Shown: positions 13,060 to 23,800 of the stretch, piece by piece
Layout: each line of letters opens with the position of its first letter
How positions within the stretch are numbered: position 1 is the stretch's first letter
Origin: Chiloscyllium plagiosum
Taxonomy: Eukaryota
DNA: 61,123 bases
Assembly (NCBI RefSeq): GCF_004010195.1
Contig: NC_057718.1
Location: 17,275,697 to 17,336,819 of the forward strand
Direction of reading: 5' to 3'
Position numbers and translations under genes: made by a program
Notes under the pieces: model-generated
Database searches by the model: none
What the model saw: the letters and a program-made list of their open reading frames with translations, nothing else
What the model was told of the DNA's origin: nothing

Positions 13060-13920
13060 CTGGTCTTTAAAATTTGAATACAAGGGCAAGGAGATTATGA
13101 TAGAGCTGTATACAGTATAACATTAGTTAAACCAGAACTGAAAACCTGTGTGCAGAACAATAAAATGCAGTACAGACCCTTCGGCTCTCAATGTTGCATC
13201 GACCTGTGAGACCAATCTGAAGCCCACCTATCCTACACTATTCCATTTTTGTTCATATGTCTATCTAATGACCATTTAAATGCCCTTAAAGTTGGCGAGT
13301 AAATTTTAGATTTCATCATTTGCTACAGTGAGATTTGAACCCAGGTCCGCAGCACATTATATAGGTAGTTTACATTACTAGCCCAGTGACATTGTCAATA
13401 TGCCACCATCACCCCACACTATAGATAGCCACACGAGAGAAAGGAAGCAAATACATCAGAGGAGTTCACCAGGATGCTGAGTGGTCTGAAGTGATTCAAC
13501 CATAAAGAGAGATTAGTTAGGGTGGGGTTGTTTTCCATGAGGTAGGGGATGCTGAGGATGGGATCTGATTGAGATGTACAACGTTCTGAGTGGCATAGTT
13601 AGGGTAGACAGGGAGAAACTTTTCCCCTTAGTACAGGGGTCAATAATGGAGTGCGGGCCTGGTTTTATGGTAAGGAGCAGAAGGTTTAGAGAGGATTTGT
13701 GGAAGAATGTTTTCACTCAACATGTTGTGGGTATCTGGAACTTGCTGCCTAAAAGGGTGGCAGAGGCAGGAATCCTCAAGATATTTAGAGGACATATGTG
13801 AATGAGCACTTGGTGAAATACCATCGCATACAAGGCTGGAAAATGGGATTAGAACAGATGGTTACTTAATGATTGGCCTAGACATAATGGGTCTTTCTGT
13901 CTTGTAAAAACTCTATGATT
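13060..13920 (+). mobile_element. CR1 3' fragment with nested repeats
   Basis: DLIEMYNVLSGIVRVDREKLFP...VVGIWNLLP. Confidence 0.7.
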
Positions 13921-14580
13921 CTAATATTAAATTCAATGCACTTGAACGCAGAATTTCTACAGGGATTTATCTGGTCCTCTGCCACATGTTAGCAGAAGCA
14001 CAGTGTGCCTGGGTTAGGAGAGATTTCTGCTGCTATTTGAATGGGTGCCACCATTCTCCTGCCACGCTTATGTCAAGAGACGGAGAGAACCCACTGTGTA
14101 ATGTCAGAATTTCTTCCTTCATCAAAATTGCAAGTTTGCAGCCAAACTTCTGCTGTGTTTTGGAGTCAGTGTTATTTAATTTGGTTAACTTTTCATTGCC
14201 TAATTGACGGTATTTTGAATCCCATGAATGTTCATATTTCCTAAAGAAGATTTCATCAATAAAGAGATAATTAGGAGCTAGAATCCATAACCTTCCACTG
14301 TCCTGTTTGTTCTTGTTTTCAGAGGAGCATGAAATGAGCTGTTGCTATGGCTGGTCTGGGTGGTATCATAGCTCAGTGTTTCACTGGGTTCACACTGTTG
14401 AATCATCAGGTTGAATCTTGTCTTATTTTGGTTAAGCATCAATTTGACAAACTTCATGGAGGGTTTCTGCCTGTGAGGCCCAGTGAGATTTCATACCATA
14501 ATGTTCCAAATACGCCTCATCGCGACCTGACTGAGGATGACCTACAACCATGACCATTCTTGGATTTACTTCTGCACTGG

Positions 14581-14759
14581 AGGAGAAAGTGAGGGCTGCA
14601 GATGCTGGAGATCAGAGCTGAAAAATGTGTTGCTGGAAAAGCGCAGCAGGTCAGGCAGCATCCAAAGAGCAGGAGAATAATCAGCCCGAAACGTCGATTC
14701 TCCTGCTCCTTGGATGCTGCCTGACCTGCTGCGCTTTTCCAGCAACACATTTTCAGCTT
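14581..14759. mobile_element. Palindromic Penelope-end mini-insert
   Basis: Two opposed copies of the terminal repeat; flanking duplication CTTCTGCACT. Confidence 0.8.
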
Positions 14760-15116
14760 TGCTTCTGCACTAAAAGGCAAAGGAAGGCAGAAATGTTGTG
14801 AGCCTGGTAGTTCTGGCTAGGAGTGGGGTAAAGTGCAAACACGCAAGGCCAGGTAAATCAGGAATGCTGTGAGCATCCAGGGAGGCACAAAGTGAGGGAG
14901 TGTAAAACGAGCAAGAGAGCAGCCCTAAGATGGAGCTTGGTCCAACCCCTGAGCTGGGGGTCTGTCCTGGCAGCAGCATTGTAATGCTATTTGCCACTGT
15001 TCCCCAAGGAACATTGGAACAGGTGTAGGCCATTCAGCCCCTCAAATCTGTTCCACCATTCGATGAAAGCATGGCTAATCTATGGCCAATCTCTATACAC
15101 CTGACTTTGGTCCATG

Positions 15117-15606
15117 TGCCAACTTTTATAGATGCGCCATTGAGAGCATTCTGTCTGGATGTATCACTACCTGGTATGGCAACTGTACCATTCAAGATCG
15201 GAGACGATTACAGAGAGTGGTGAACTTGGCCTGGACAATTACAAAGGCCAACCATCCATCTATAGAATCCATCTACTAGGCCCGTTCTCAAGGAAAGGCC
15301 GCCAGTATTCTCAAAGATCCATCCCACCCTTGCAATGTTTTTCTACAGCCTCTACCATCGAGGAGAAGGTACAGAACCCTGAACACACGCACCAGCCGGT
15401 TTTGAAACAGTTTCTACCCTACTGTTGTTAGAATACTGAATGGACTCACAAACTCTTAACATTCGCTTGTTCCTGTGTTTTTGTTTTTGCCGCTGTTTAC
15501 CTGTTAGTTACTTATCTATGCTACTTAACTCTGTGATCTGTCTGTATTGCTCGCAAGACAAAGCTATTCACTGTGCCTCGGTGACACATGACAATAAATT
15601 CAATTT
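15117..15606 (+). mobile_element. Rex1/Babar-type LINE 3' fragment
   Basis: NFYRCAIESILSGCITTWYGNC...LQRVV motif; AATAAATTCAATT tail. Confidence 0.8.
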
Positions 15607-16859
15607 AATTCAGAAGAAGTTGACCTTTTACATCTGATGTGACTCTTCTCCAGAACCTGAAGAAGTGATCTCGAACTTGAAATGTTAATTCTGTTTCTCT
15701 CTCCACAGAGGCTGCCAGACTGCTGAGTTTCTCCAGGGCATTTCTTATTTCAGATTTCTGGCTGTGTTTTTCGCTTTGTTTCATTGAACTCTGTGTTGAA
15801 CCCAGAAGGCTGATTATTTTATTCAAATTAAACATAATCTCCTTGGTATTGTACTCTATGCTGATTAAGAAAGGCAATAATGGCGGGCTGCTGTTACCAA
15901 GGAATAGCGATCTCACATAGGTTACTATTTCAGCTCATTCTTTTTATGAAAGAAGGGAGCTCTGCATTTCTAAGAGGAATATGCGCTCATATCTCCCTCA
16001 GAAGTGAAGTACAGTATTTCCATTTTTTGACAGCTTGTTCACAGCGTAGAACTGTCAGAGGAAGGCAAGCCACTGCCCCATTAGACAGCAGTCAGCTGGA
16101 GTATTTTGAGAGGGGAAGGCACTGGCAGCCATTTTGATAGCTGCTGTCAAGCCGGAACATAAGTGCGATGTCAAGATGCTGGGAGGATGGGGGGAGTAGG
16201 ATTCCAGGTAAGCAGGGTACCAGCTATGATGGGTACCACTTGGGGATAGAGTCAGGTGCAATGGTAGGATGCCATATGGGCAGGGAATCAGGTATTTAAG
16301 GTATTAACCGGGAAGGTTACCGGCTGGGAAGGGGGTAAGATGCCAGGTGTGTGATGCCAGCTTGAAGTGAGTAGTGTTCTAGAAGGGTAGTGTCTATGAG
16401 GACACTTGGGGTGGTGTATTGGGGGTGTGGGAGGGAAGTATGGAAAAGCTACTGAGGAGTTAGACGTGGTACTTAATAGTCTAACTTTTCTTGAGTAACT
16501 ATTTTATTTAATTTCATCAGAATCTTTCAAAGTCTCCAGTTGAAATGAAAACATTTGCAGAGTTCCAGATGTAGATGCCCAGGGAATGATCCCATTTCCC
16601 TGGCAATTCCCAGGGACTGGGCTACAATGGGGGTTCTCCAGCAAAGTCCCAGCCTCCATGCTTTAGGAGCTGTTTCCTTCCACCTTCAATGATACACCCC
16701 GAGCTCCCTCAGCCCTGTACCCTCTTCTGAATTGTGAACTTTATCCCATTTCTCTCCCCTTATTATTCTTCCTCTGAAAATATCCCCCTTCTCTGCATTT
16801 AAGTTCATATTCTGCTCTTGGGGTTCATAATCCTAACCTTCACACTGACTTTGGAGAAA

Positions 16860-17310
16860 TGTTCTGTGCCTGGATGAGAGAGTGTGACCTATAAGGAAAG
16901 TTTAGAAAAACTCAGGTTGTTTTGTCTGGAGTGAGGGAGGCAGAGGGCAAACTCTAAAGAAATCAAAACGATTATGAGATGCATAGCTAGGGTTGACGGT
17001 CAGAATCTTTTTCCCCAGAGCTAAAATTTCCAAAACCATGGGGCATGCATTTAAGGTGAGAGGGGGAAAGTTCAAATGTGATGTGAGGGGCAAGATTATT
17101 TTCACTGGAGGGGTAGGAGTCTGGAACATGCTGCCAGATATGAGGGTGGAGGTGAGTTTAAGGGACTTTTAGATAAGCAAATGAATATAGATGGTATGGA
17201 GGGATATGGTCCAAAGGCAGGCAGAAGGGAACAATTCACTGGCATCATGTTCAGCCCAACGTCATGGGTGGAAGGGCCCGTTCCTGTATTGTACTGTTCT
17301 ATGTTCTGTA
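16860..17310 (+). mobile_element. CR1 3' fragment
   Basis: CR1 RT C-terminus and TTCTATGTTCT tail. Confidence 0.75.
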
Positions 17311-18234
17311 CCACAAACATGACCATTCCCAGGGACAGGAAACGGTAACTCTGTTGTCTCTCTCTCTCTATATATATAGATGCTGCCAGGCTTATTCCAG
17401 CATTCTCTGTTTCTGTTTATATCTTTACTAGTCTGATTAGATTAGATTCCCTACAGTGTGGAAACAGGCCTTTTTATTGTATGTACTTTGTGAAAATCCC
17501 ACTTTCTTTTATTCTTTGTTGCAAAGTCTATTCAAATGCTCAAGGAAGTATCCCCAGCTTTAGTCTTACTAAATTCTAAGGTAGATACAGGGTAAGTTAG
17601 AAGCTGGAGTTACAGTTCATACACAAGTCAAATCCTTCACGTTACATGGAAAATTTTAAAGGAATCATTTGCACACTCCAAAACAAAAAGTATGTGCGTT
17701 GGTCATAGATACTGTGTTTGCACACATGGGCAGTTTTGTGCATGAGCTGGGAAATGAATTTTTGCCAAATGGCTTCAAGTGATAGCTTACACATAACTGT
17801 ATACCTTCACCAATGAAGGATACCAACTGTGGAAATGGAGTTCACCATGAATTTGTGCCTCATTGAGGATTGGTTCTTAGTTTTTTTTTAATTTTCATGT
17901 TTCATTTTAAGATTTACCTCCCAGATTGTTGTAGCCTGCATGAAACTGACTTGTTGAGAGCTCATCCCCATGCAGTGGTCTCTTAGCATTTCACACCTAA
18001 CCATGGTGTCTTCACATTAATGTAGTGGTGAGGTGTAATGGAAAACACATCTTGCTTGGGAATCCATTGTATTTTTTCAGAGTGTACTTTTTAAACCAAG
18101 TGAATTTTGGGTGCCTTCTTCAATATTCTACTTGTATTTATTTAAGCAGCAGTTTCTGATAGCAATGAAAGAAGTGTTGATTATAATTGTGCTGTTTGAG
18201 ATATTATTTTTTTATTTATTTATTTTCTCTTAGT

Positions 18235-18515
18235 GGGCGGCACAGTGGTTAGCACTGCTGCCTCACAGCGCCAGAGACCCGGGTTCAATTCCTGCCTCAG
18301 GCAACTCTCTGTGTGGAGTTTGCACATTCTCCCCGTGTCTGTGTGGGTTTCTTCTTGCCGCTCCAGTTTCCTCCCACAGTCCAAAGATGTGAGGTTAGGT
18401 GAATTGGCCTTGCTAAATTATCCGTAGTGTTAGGTGAAGGGGTAAATGTAGGGGAATGGATCTGGGTGGGTTGCGCTTCGACGGGTCGGTGTGGACTTGT
18501 TGAGCTAAAGGGCCT
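18235..18515 (+). mobile_element. HE1-type SINE
   Basis: Same head and V-domain as the 8467 copy. Confidence 0.88.
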
Positions 18516-18520
18516 ATTAT

Positions 18521-18790
18521 TAGGCCCTTCGGCCCATCAAGTCCACACCGACCCTCCAAAGAGGAACCCACACAGACCCATTTCCCCTCCAACTAATAGA
18601 CCTAACACTATGAGCAATTTAGCATGACCAATTCACCTAACCGGCACATTTTTGTGACTGTGGGAGGAAACCTACTGAGGCACAGGGAGAATGTGCAAAC
18701 TCCATACAGACATTCGCCCTCGAGGCTGGAAGCGAACCTGGGACTCTGGTGCTGTGAGGCAGCAGTGTTTACCACTGAGCGACCAGGCCA
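18521..18790 (-). mobile_element. HE1-type SINE, tail-to-tail with the preceding copy
   Basis: Reverse complement of the SINE consensus seen elsewhere in the window. Confidence 0.85.
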
Positions 18791-18981
18791 GCCCTGTCCC
18801 AGAACTTCCCTTTTGTTTCCCCCCCCACCCCCCCACACACACACACACATATGTCCTTTCCCTGGTATATAATGTCTGTAACACATCTCTCTCACCCCTT
18901 GGTTTGGATGGGGGTATATTCTGGATTGGACTCTGGCTGTTGTAAAGATTCCGAGGCAGTTGCAAATATTATCTCTCTCTC

Positions 18982-19273
18982 TCCACAGATAATGCTGAGC
19001 AGTTCCAGAACTTCTCAGGTTTTGTGGGTTTTATTGCTCGCTGCACTTGATGTTTATCAGTCCCAATCTCTGCGAAACCACAAAGAGTGCGGGAGCAAAC
19101 CAGCGCCGAAGGAAGGAAGTAATTTGCTGTCATTGTTAATCGCCCCTTGGCACGCCATGTAGCGTGCGAGCGTCCAGGCGTCGGAGTCGCCGTTCGCCAA
19201 TAAAATGGGAGGCTGTGCGCTCTGCCGGTCTGTCCCAGGGCGATGGAGGTGAAAGGCGATGGGAGTGCAGAGG
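18982..19273 (+). repeat. 292-bp direct duplicate of the SULT6B1 promoter, ATG and first ~10 codons (copy of 20341..20632)
   Basis: Offset 1359 bp; 4 mismatches by eye, all CpG transitions; ends at a Penelope fragment. Confidence 0.95.
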
Positions 19274-19822
19274 TTGGTTAGAGTTTGGAGATGGAGGAGG
19301 GCCAGGATCTGCATGTCCATGGGGGAGTGGAAGGGGGAGTTAAGCAGGCCGGTGGGGTTGCTTAATGCAGATGCCCCAGAGATGTTCTCTGAAACAATCT
19401 GCAAGTTGGTGTCCTGTCTCGCTAACGTAGAGGAGACCACACATCGGTGGAAAGGATGCAGTAGATGGCCTGTGTGGAAGTACAGGTAAATCTCTGTAGG
19501 ATGTGGATCCGCACCCACCCCTCCCCACCTTATCCCAGCCACAACCTTCCAACTCAGCACCGCCATCTTGAATGGTGCTAACTGTCCATCTTCCTTCCCA
19601 CCTATCTGCTCCACTCTCCTCTCGGATCTATCACCATCACCCCACATCTTTATCTACCTATTGCATTCCCAGCTACCTTCCCCACCCCAGCCCCATTCCT
19701 CTCCCATTTATCTGCTTTGGCCCACAAGCCTGATGAAAGGTTTATGCCTGAAATGTGGACTCTCCTGCTCTTTGGATGTTACCTGATCAGCTGTGCTTTT
19801 GCAACACCACACTCTTTGACTC
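19274..19822. mobile_element. Penelope-like element: inverted GIY-YIG segment (minus) plus plus-strand 3' end with hammerhead remnant at ~19730
   Basis: Minus strand CGLLYVSETGHQLADCFREHL; plus strand CTGATGAAAGGTTTATGCCTGAAATGT. Confidence 0.8.
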
Positions 19823-20340
19823 TTTTAAATTCTGTGTCTAAGATCTTCCTCACTCACTAACACCTGATGAAGGAGTAGTGCTTAATGTTTTCAAATAAAC
19901 CTGGTGTAGTGTGATTTCTAACCTTGGGGCTTCCTAGTCAGATGCAAGGTTTAACTATTTCTCTCTTTCTTGCCCTTCACAGTTAAAGACAGAAGCCAAA
20001 CGACACCAGATTTTAGTACAACAGGTTCATATGAAATCACAAGCTTTTGGAGAGCACAAGGGAATCTAATCTAATGATCACAGTCCCTTTAATCAGGTGC
20101 GGTGAGACAGCAGGGCAGACAGACAGAGTTTATAGGCAGAAAGATTAAAAAAAATCATAAGAGTACAACTGGCGTGTCAGATAATGCGTCCCTGCAGGTG
20201 ACCAAGTATGTTCATAAAGTAAGTGTCAATGCTGTGCGGTCAGGCAGAGCGATAGGAATATACAATAGGTGACATCTCAGAGAAAGAACCTGAGGTCGTC
20301 TGACTTCTGACTTTGTGTGCCCCAGCCCAGCACGGACAGG

Positions 20341-20601
20341 TCCACAGATAATGCTGAGCAGTTCCAGAACTTCTCAGGTTTTGTGGGTTTTATTGCTCGC
20401 TGCACTTGATGTTTATCAGTCCCAATCTCTGCGAAACCACAAAGAGTGCAGGAGCAAACCAGTGCCGAAGGAAGGAAGTAATTTGCTGTCATTGTTAATC
20501 GCCCCTTGGCACGCCATGTAGCGTGCGAGCGTCCAGGCGTCGGAGTCACCGTTCGCCAATAAAACGGGAGGCTGTGCGCTCTGCCGGTCTGTCCCAGGGC
20601 G
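20341..20601 (+). promoter_or_regulatory. Putative SULT6B1 proximal promoter: CpG-rich, inverted XRE pair (20510-20516 minus, 20519-20525 plus), CCAAT at ~20556
   Basis: CpG-dense DNA directly upstream of the ATG; CACGCCA and TAGCGTG both match the XRE consensus TNGCGTG. Confidence 0.55.
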
Positions 20602-20827
20602 ATGGAGGTGAAAGGCGATGGGAGTGCAGAGGCTGACAAAGCCGATTTCCAGGCGAGGGTGCAGGGGATGTTGGAGAAAGCGAAGCAGCTAAAACCCGAG
20701 GAGCTGGTGTTCCGCTACAAGGGCGTTCTCTACCCCTCGGTGCTGAGCTCAGTCCAAACACTGCAGGCTCTGGGCAACTTCCAGGCTCGTCCCGAAGACC
20801 TGGTGATCTCTTCCTACCCCAAATGCG
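20602..20827 (+). CDS. SULT6B1: SULT6B1-like coding exon 1 (MEVKGDGSAE...YKGVLYP...DLVISSYPKC)
   Basis: ATG in context GCGATGG; typical SULT N-terminus; donor G|GTGAGA, phase 1. Confidence 0.92.
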
Positions 20828-23800
20828 GTGAGACCGTCTGATACTTATCGACTTTTGTTTAAAGTTTGAACAATAGTTCACAGTAAAGAAATGCATTTGA
20901 ATGAGAAAAAGTTTGTCTCTGCACCGAAGTTCAAAGCTGTTTTCAATCCCAGTCCCTTCTGTACAGATCCTGCCACTTTCACTCATTTGGTGGGATTTCT
21001 GCGGGATTGTTAAATCTTCATTATTACTGAGATCTCACAGCTTTTGTTGCTTCTCTTTTGATGGCATGGACTGCTGTAATTACAGCACTTTAGCTGTATC
21101 ATTATTAACATGATTTGCTGTTCTTTCCATTGAAAATTCAGACGGACAGGCTCAGTTAATTCTCCCGAGAACTCGAAATATCTTTAGAAACCACATTACT
21201 CTTCACTTTCTCGGACAGTCAAACTTTCTCGTGCCCCCGTCCATCTCTGCCCTCCCTTTAATCCAACAAAATAAAAGCGCTATATTCATAGACCTCAGTG
21301 TCACTGGGCAATGATACGATCTGCCTTATTGACATACAGGAGCCAGCGAGTTCACACTTGCTGCTATCTTTTATTCTTCCATGGGATGTAGGTATCGTTG
21401 GTCAAGCTCCTGGAGAGGATGGTGCTGAGCCCCTGCTGTCCATGTGATGTAGGGCCAGCCACAGTGTTGTTAGGAAGAGAATTTGGACCCAGCGACAGTG
21501 CAGGAAACGCTGGCAGTCAGGATGGGGGCTGGCTGGGAGGGCAACTTGCAGGGGCTGGCGTTCCCATGCTGCTGCTGCTGCCCTTGTCCCTCTGGATGGT
21601 AGAGGTGGCCGGTTTGGAAAGTGTTACCAAGAGCGTGGATGAATCTTGTGGCCTTTTGGCAGCACAGCCCAGAGAGAGACTGTCTGATTGGAGTGGCCCG
21701 TTCACACTGTGAGACCATTTGTCAACATTATCCCAACAATCCAGGCTGTACAAAGTGAAGCTCATTATGTTTGGTAAGGACGACCTCCAGAGGGTATGGA
21801 GGTGGGCTCTCAGTCTTAGCTTGTGCTCAGAGAGTTGGGCAATAGCTAACTGAGGAAAGCTTGAACTGAAATAATTCTATACCCCCCACCCCTCCATGCA
21901 ACAGCATTTCTCAACAACGTTTCTCTCCGCAACAAAAAGAAATACTGATTTGCAGTAAATTGGTGATAATAAAGTGGCAATCCTTCCACCCATCCGTCAT
22001 GTGCCTGAGAGAGTCAAGTGCTTGCAGCTTCAGTGGAGGCTGAGCACCGGCAGATGAGTGACAATGCAACATCAGCCCAAGTTCCCCAGCTGCCTGCATG
22101 CCTGGTTATTTGAGGTGAGGGAAGGAGTCAGGCATTTAGATATTTGCAAATTGTCAAACTCTCACTCCTGTACATGATATCCGAGCTTGACATTTCTGAC
22201 CCTCTGTATTCATGGTGTGCCAGTTATCTCCATGGCAATGCCCCCCATTGGAGTGAGGGCTTGGATGTTGGGTGGGCTTTCACTGGTTCTGTCCACATTT
22301 CTTTTGTTATTCCATAATTTTTGTGCAGGAAGTGTAGACGTCAGTTATTTTATTTCTTCACAGGATGTGGTGTTGCTGGCTGAGCCAACATTGATTGGCC
22401 ATCCCAAATTGCTTTGGTGAAGTTAGTGCCTGACCTGTGATTGGGTTGTGATACATATTCATGTTGAGTATGAAAGCAGCAAGTTGGGAGCATGAAGGGC
22501 TGGTGGTTGTGTGGAAGCAAGTATCTCCAATGTAAAATGTGAACATTCTCAGAACAGTGGAATGTAATACAATTTGTAACTGGAACTAGAGAGTGTTTGT
22601 GTCAGTGTTGAAATGAAAAACAGATGTTGAGTGTGTTGGGAAACGCAGAGCAGCAGTGGTATAGGGTTAGGTTGTGATTTGGAGAAAGGGCATGTGTGGT
22701 TGGGCTTGGGGGAGGAGTGGATTAACAATGTATTGAAGAAAGTGTAATGCCTCATTGAGAGTAAAATGCATGAAGATTAAAATTGATACTTTTACCATTC
22801 TGGTCATATAACTATTTGCTTTCTAGATTGAAGCAGTATCCTTGGTGCCGTGCTACAGCTGTGTAACTTATGGAATAATTAGCTGTGTATTTGGGCATCC
22901 ATCCACTATGACATGTAGAAGAGGACTCCCCCATCTGGCCCTTTACCTGTTCCATACCTAGAATCAGAAAATCTGTTATGCTTAAAAAAAACAGGAGCCG
23001 TCATATCTGTGAAACTAAGAGCAGAATGTTGACAGAAAGACTGTTTGCCCAAAATTTAATGTAAAAATCTTTGGAAAACGTTCAACAGTTGATTCTTATT
23101 GATTTGACTTTTGCTGGCTTAACTAGAAATCTGTAATATAAACATGGCAGTTCAATCAGAATGTTCAGGATCCTCCATTCTGTCATTTCCGATCGGTTGT
23201 GGGCATGTTCTTGCACCATTACTGCATTGTTCACCAGGGTTTACAGAGGACAGAGTGCAAGGAGAGGATGGAGAGACTGGGACCTTTTCCCCTGGAGTGT
23301 AGGAGGATGAGGGGTGACTGTATAGAGGTTTATAAAATCATGAGTGGCATGGATAGGATAAATAGCCAAGGTTTCCTTCCCCAGGGTAGGGGAGTCCAAA
23401 CCTACAGGGCAAAGGTTTAAGGTGAGAGGGGAAAAGCTTAAAAGGGACCTGAGGGACAACTTTTCCTTGCAAAGGGGGGTTTGCGTGTATGAAATGAGCT
23501 GCTGGAGGAAGTGGTGGAGGCAGGTACAATTACAACATTTTGGTCAGATACATGGATAGGAAATCTTGAGGGGGATATGGGCTAAATGCAGGCAAATGGG
23601 ACTAGTTCATTTTCAGCAACCTGGTCAGCATGGACGTGCTGGGCTGAAGGGTCTGTGTCCATGCTGTATGACCCTGAATACTGAATAGAGAGCTGGCAAG
23701 AATACATCTGTCTCATGCCTCACCCACTTCAATTCCCTCATCACACACACAAGCTTTAGTTGCAGCACCCATCAGGGAAGGTACTCCTGAAGATAACACT

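Noticed and set aside
18982..19273. Second SULT6B1 gene copy
   Set aside because: Only about 10 codons are duplicated, with no splice donor or further exons.
19057..19647. 196-aa minus-strand ORF, the longest in the track
   Set aside because: Chance read-through across a Penelope fragment (off-frame) and the antisense promoter copy.
18851..20521. Repeated peptide MLSSSRTSQVLWVLLLAALDVY... resembling a signal peptide
   Set aside because: It is a translation of the duplicated promoter; no splice partner or recognisable domain.
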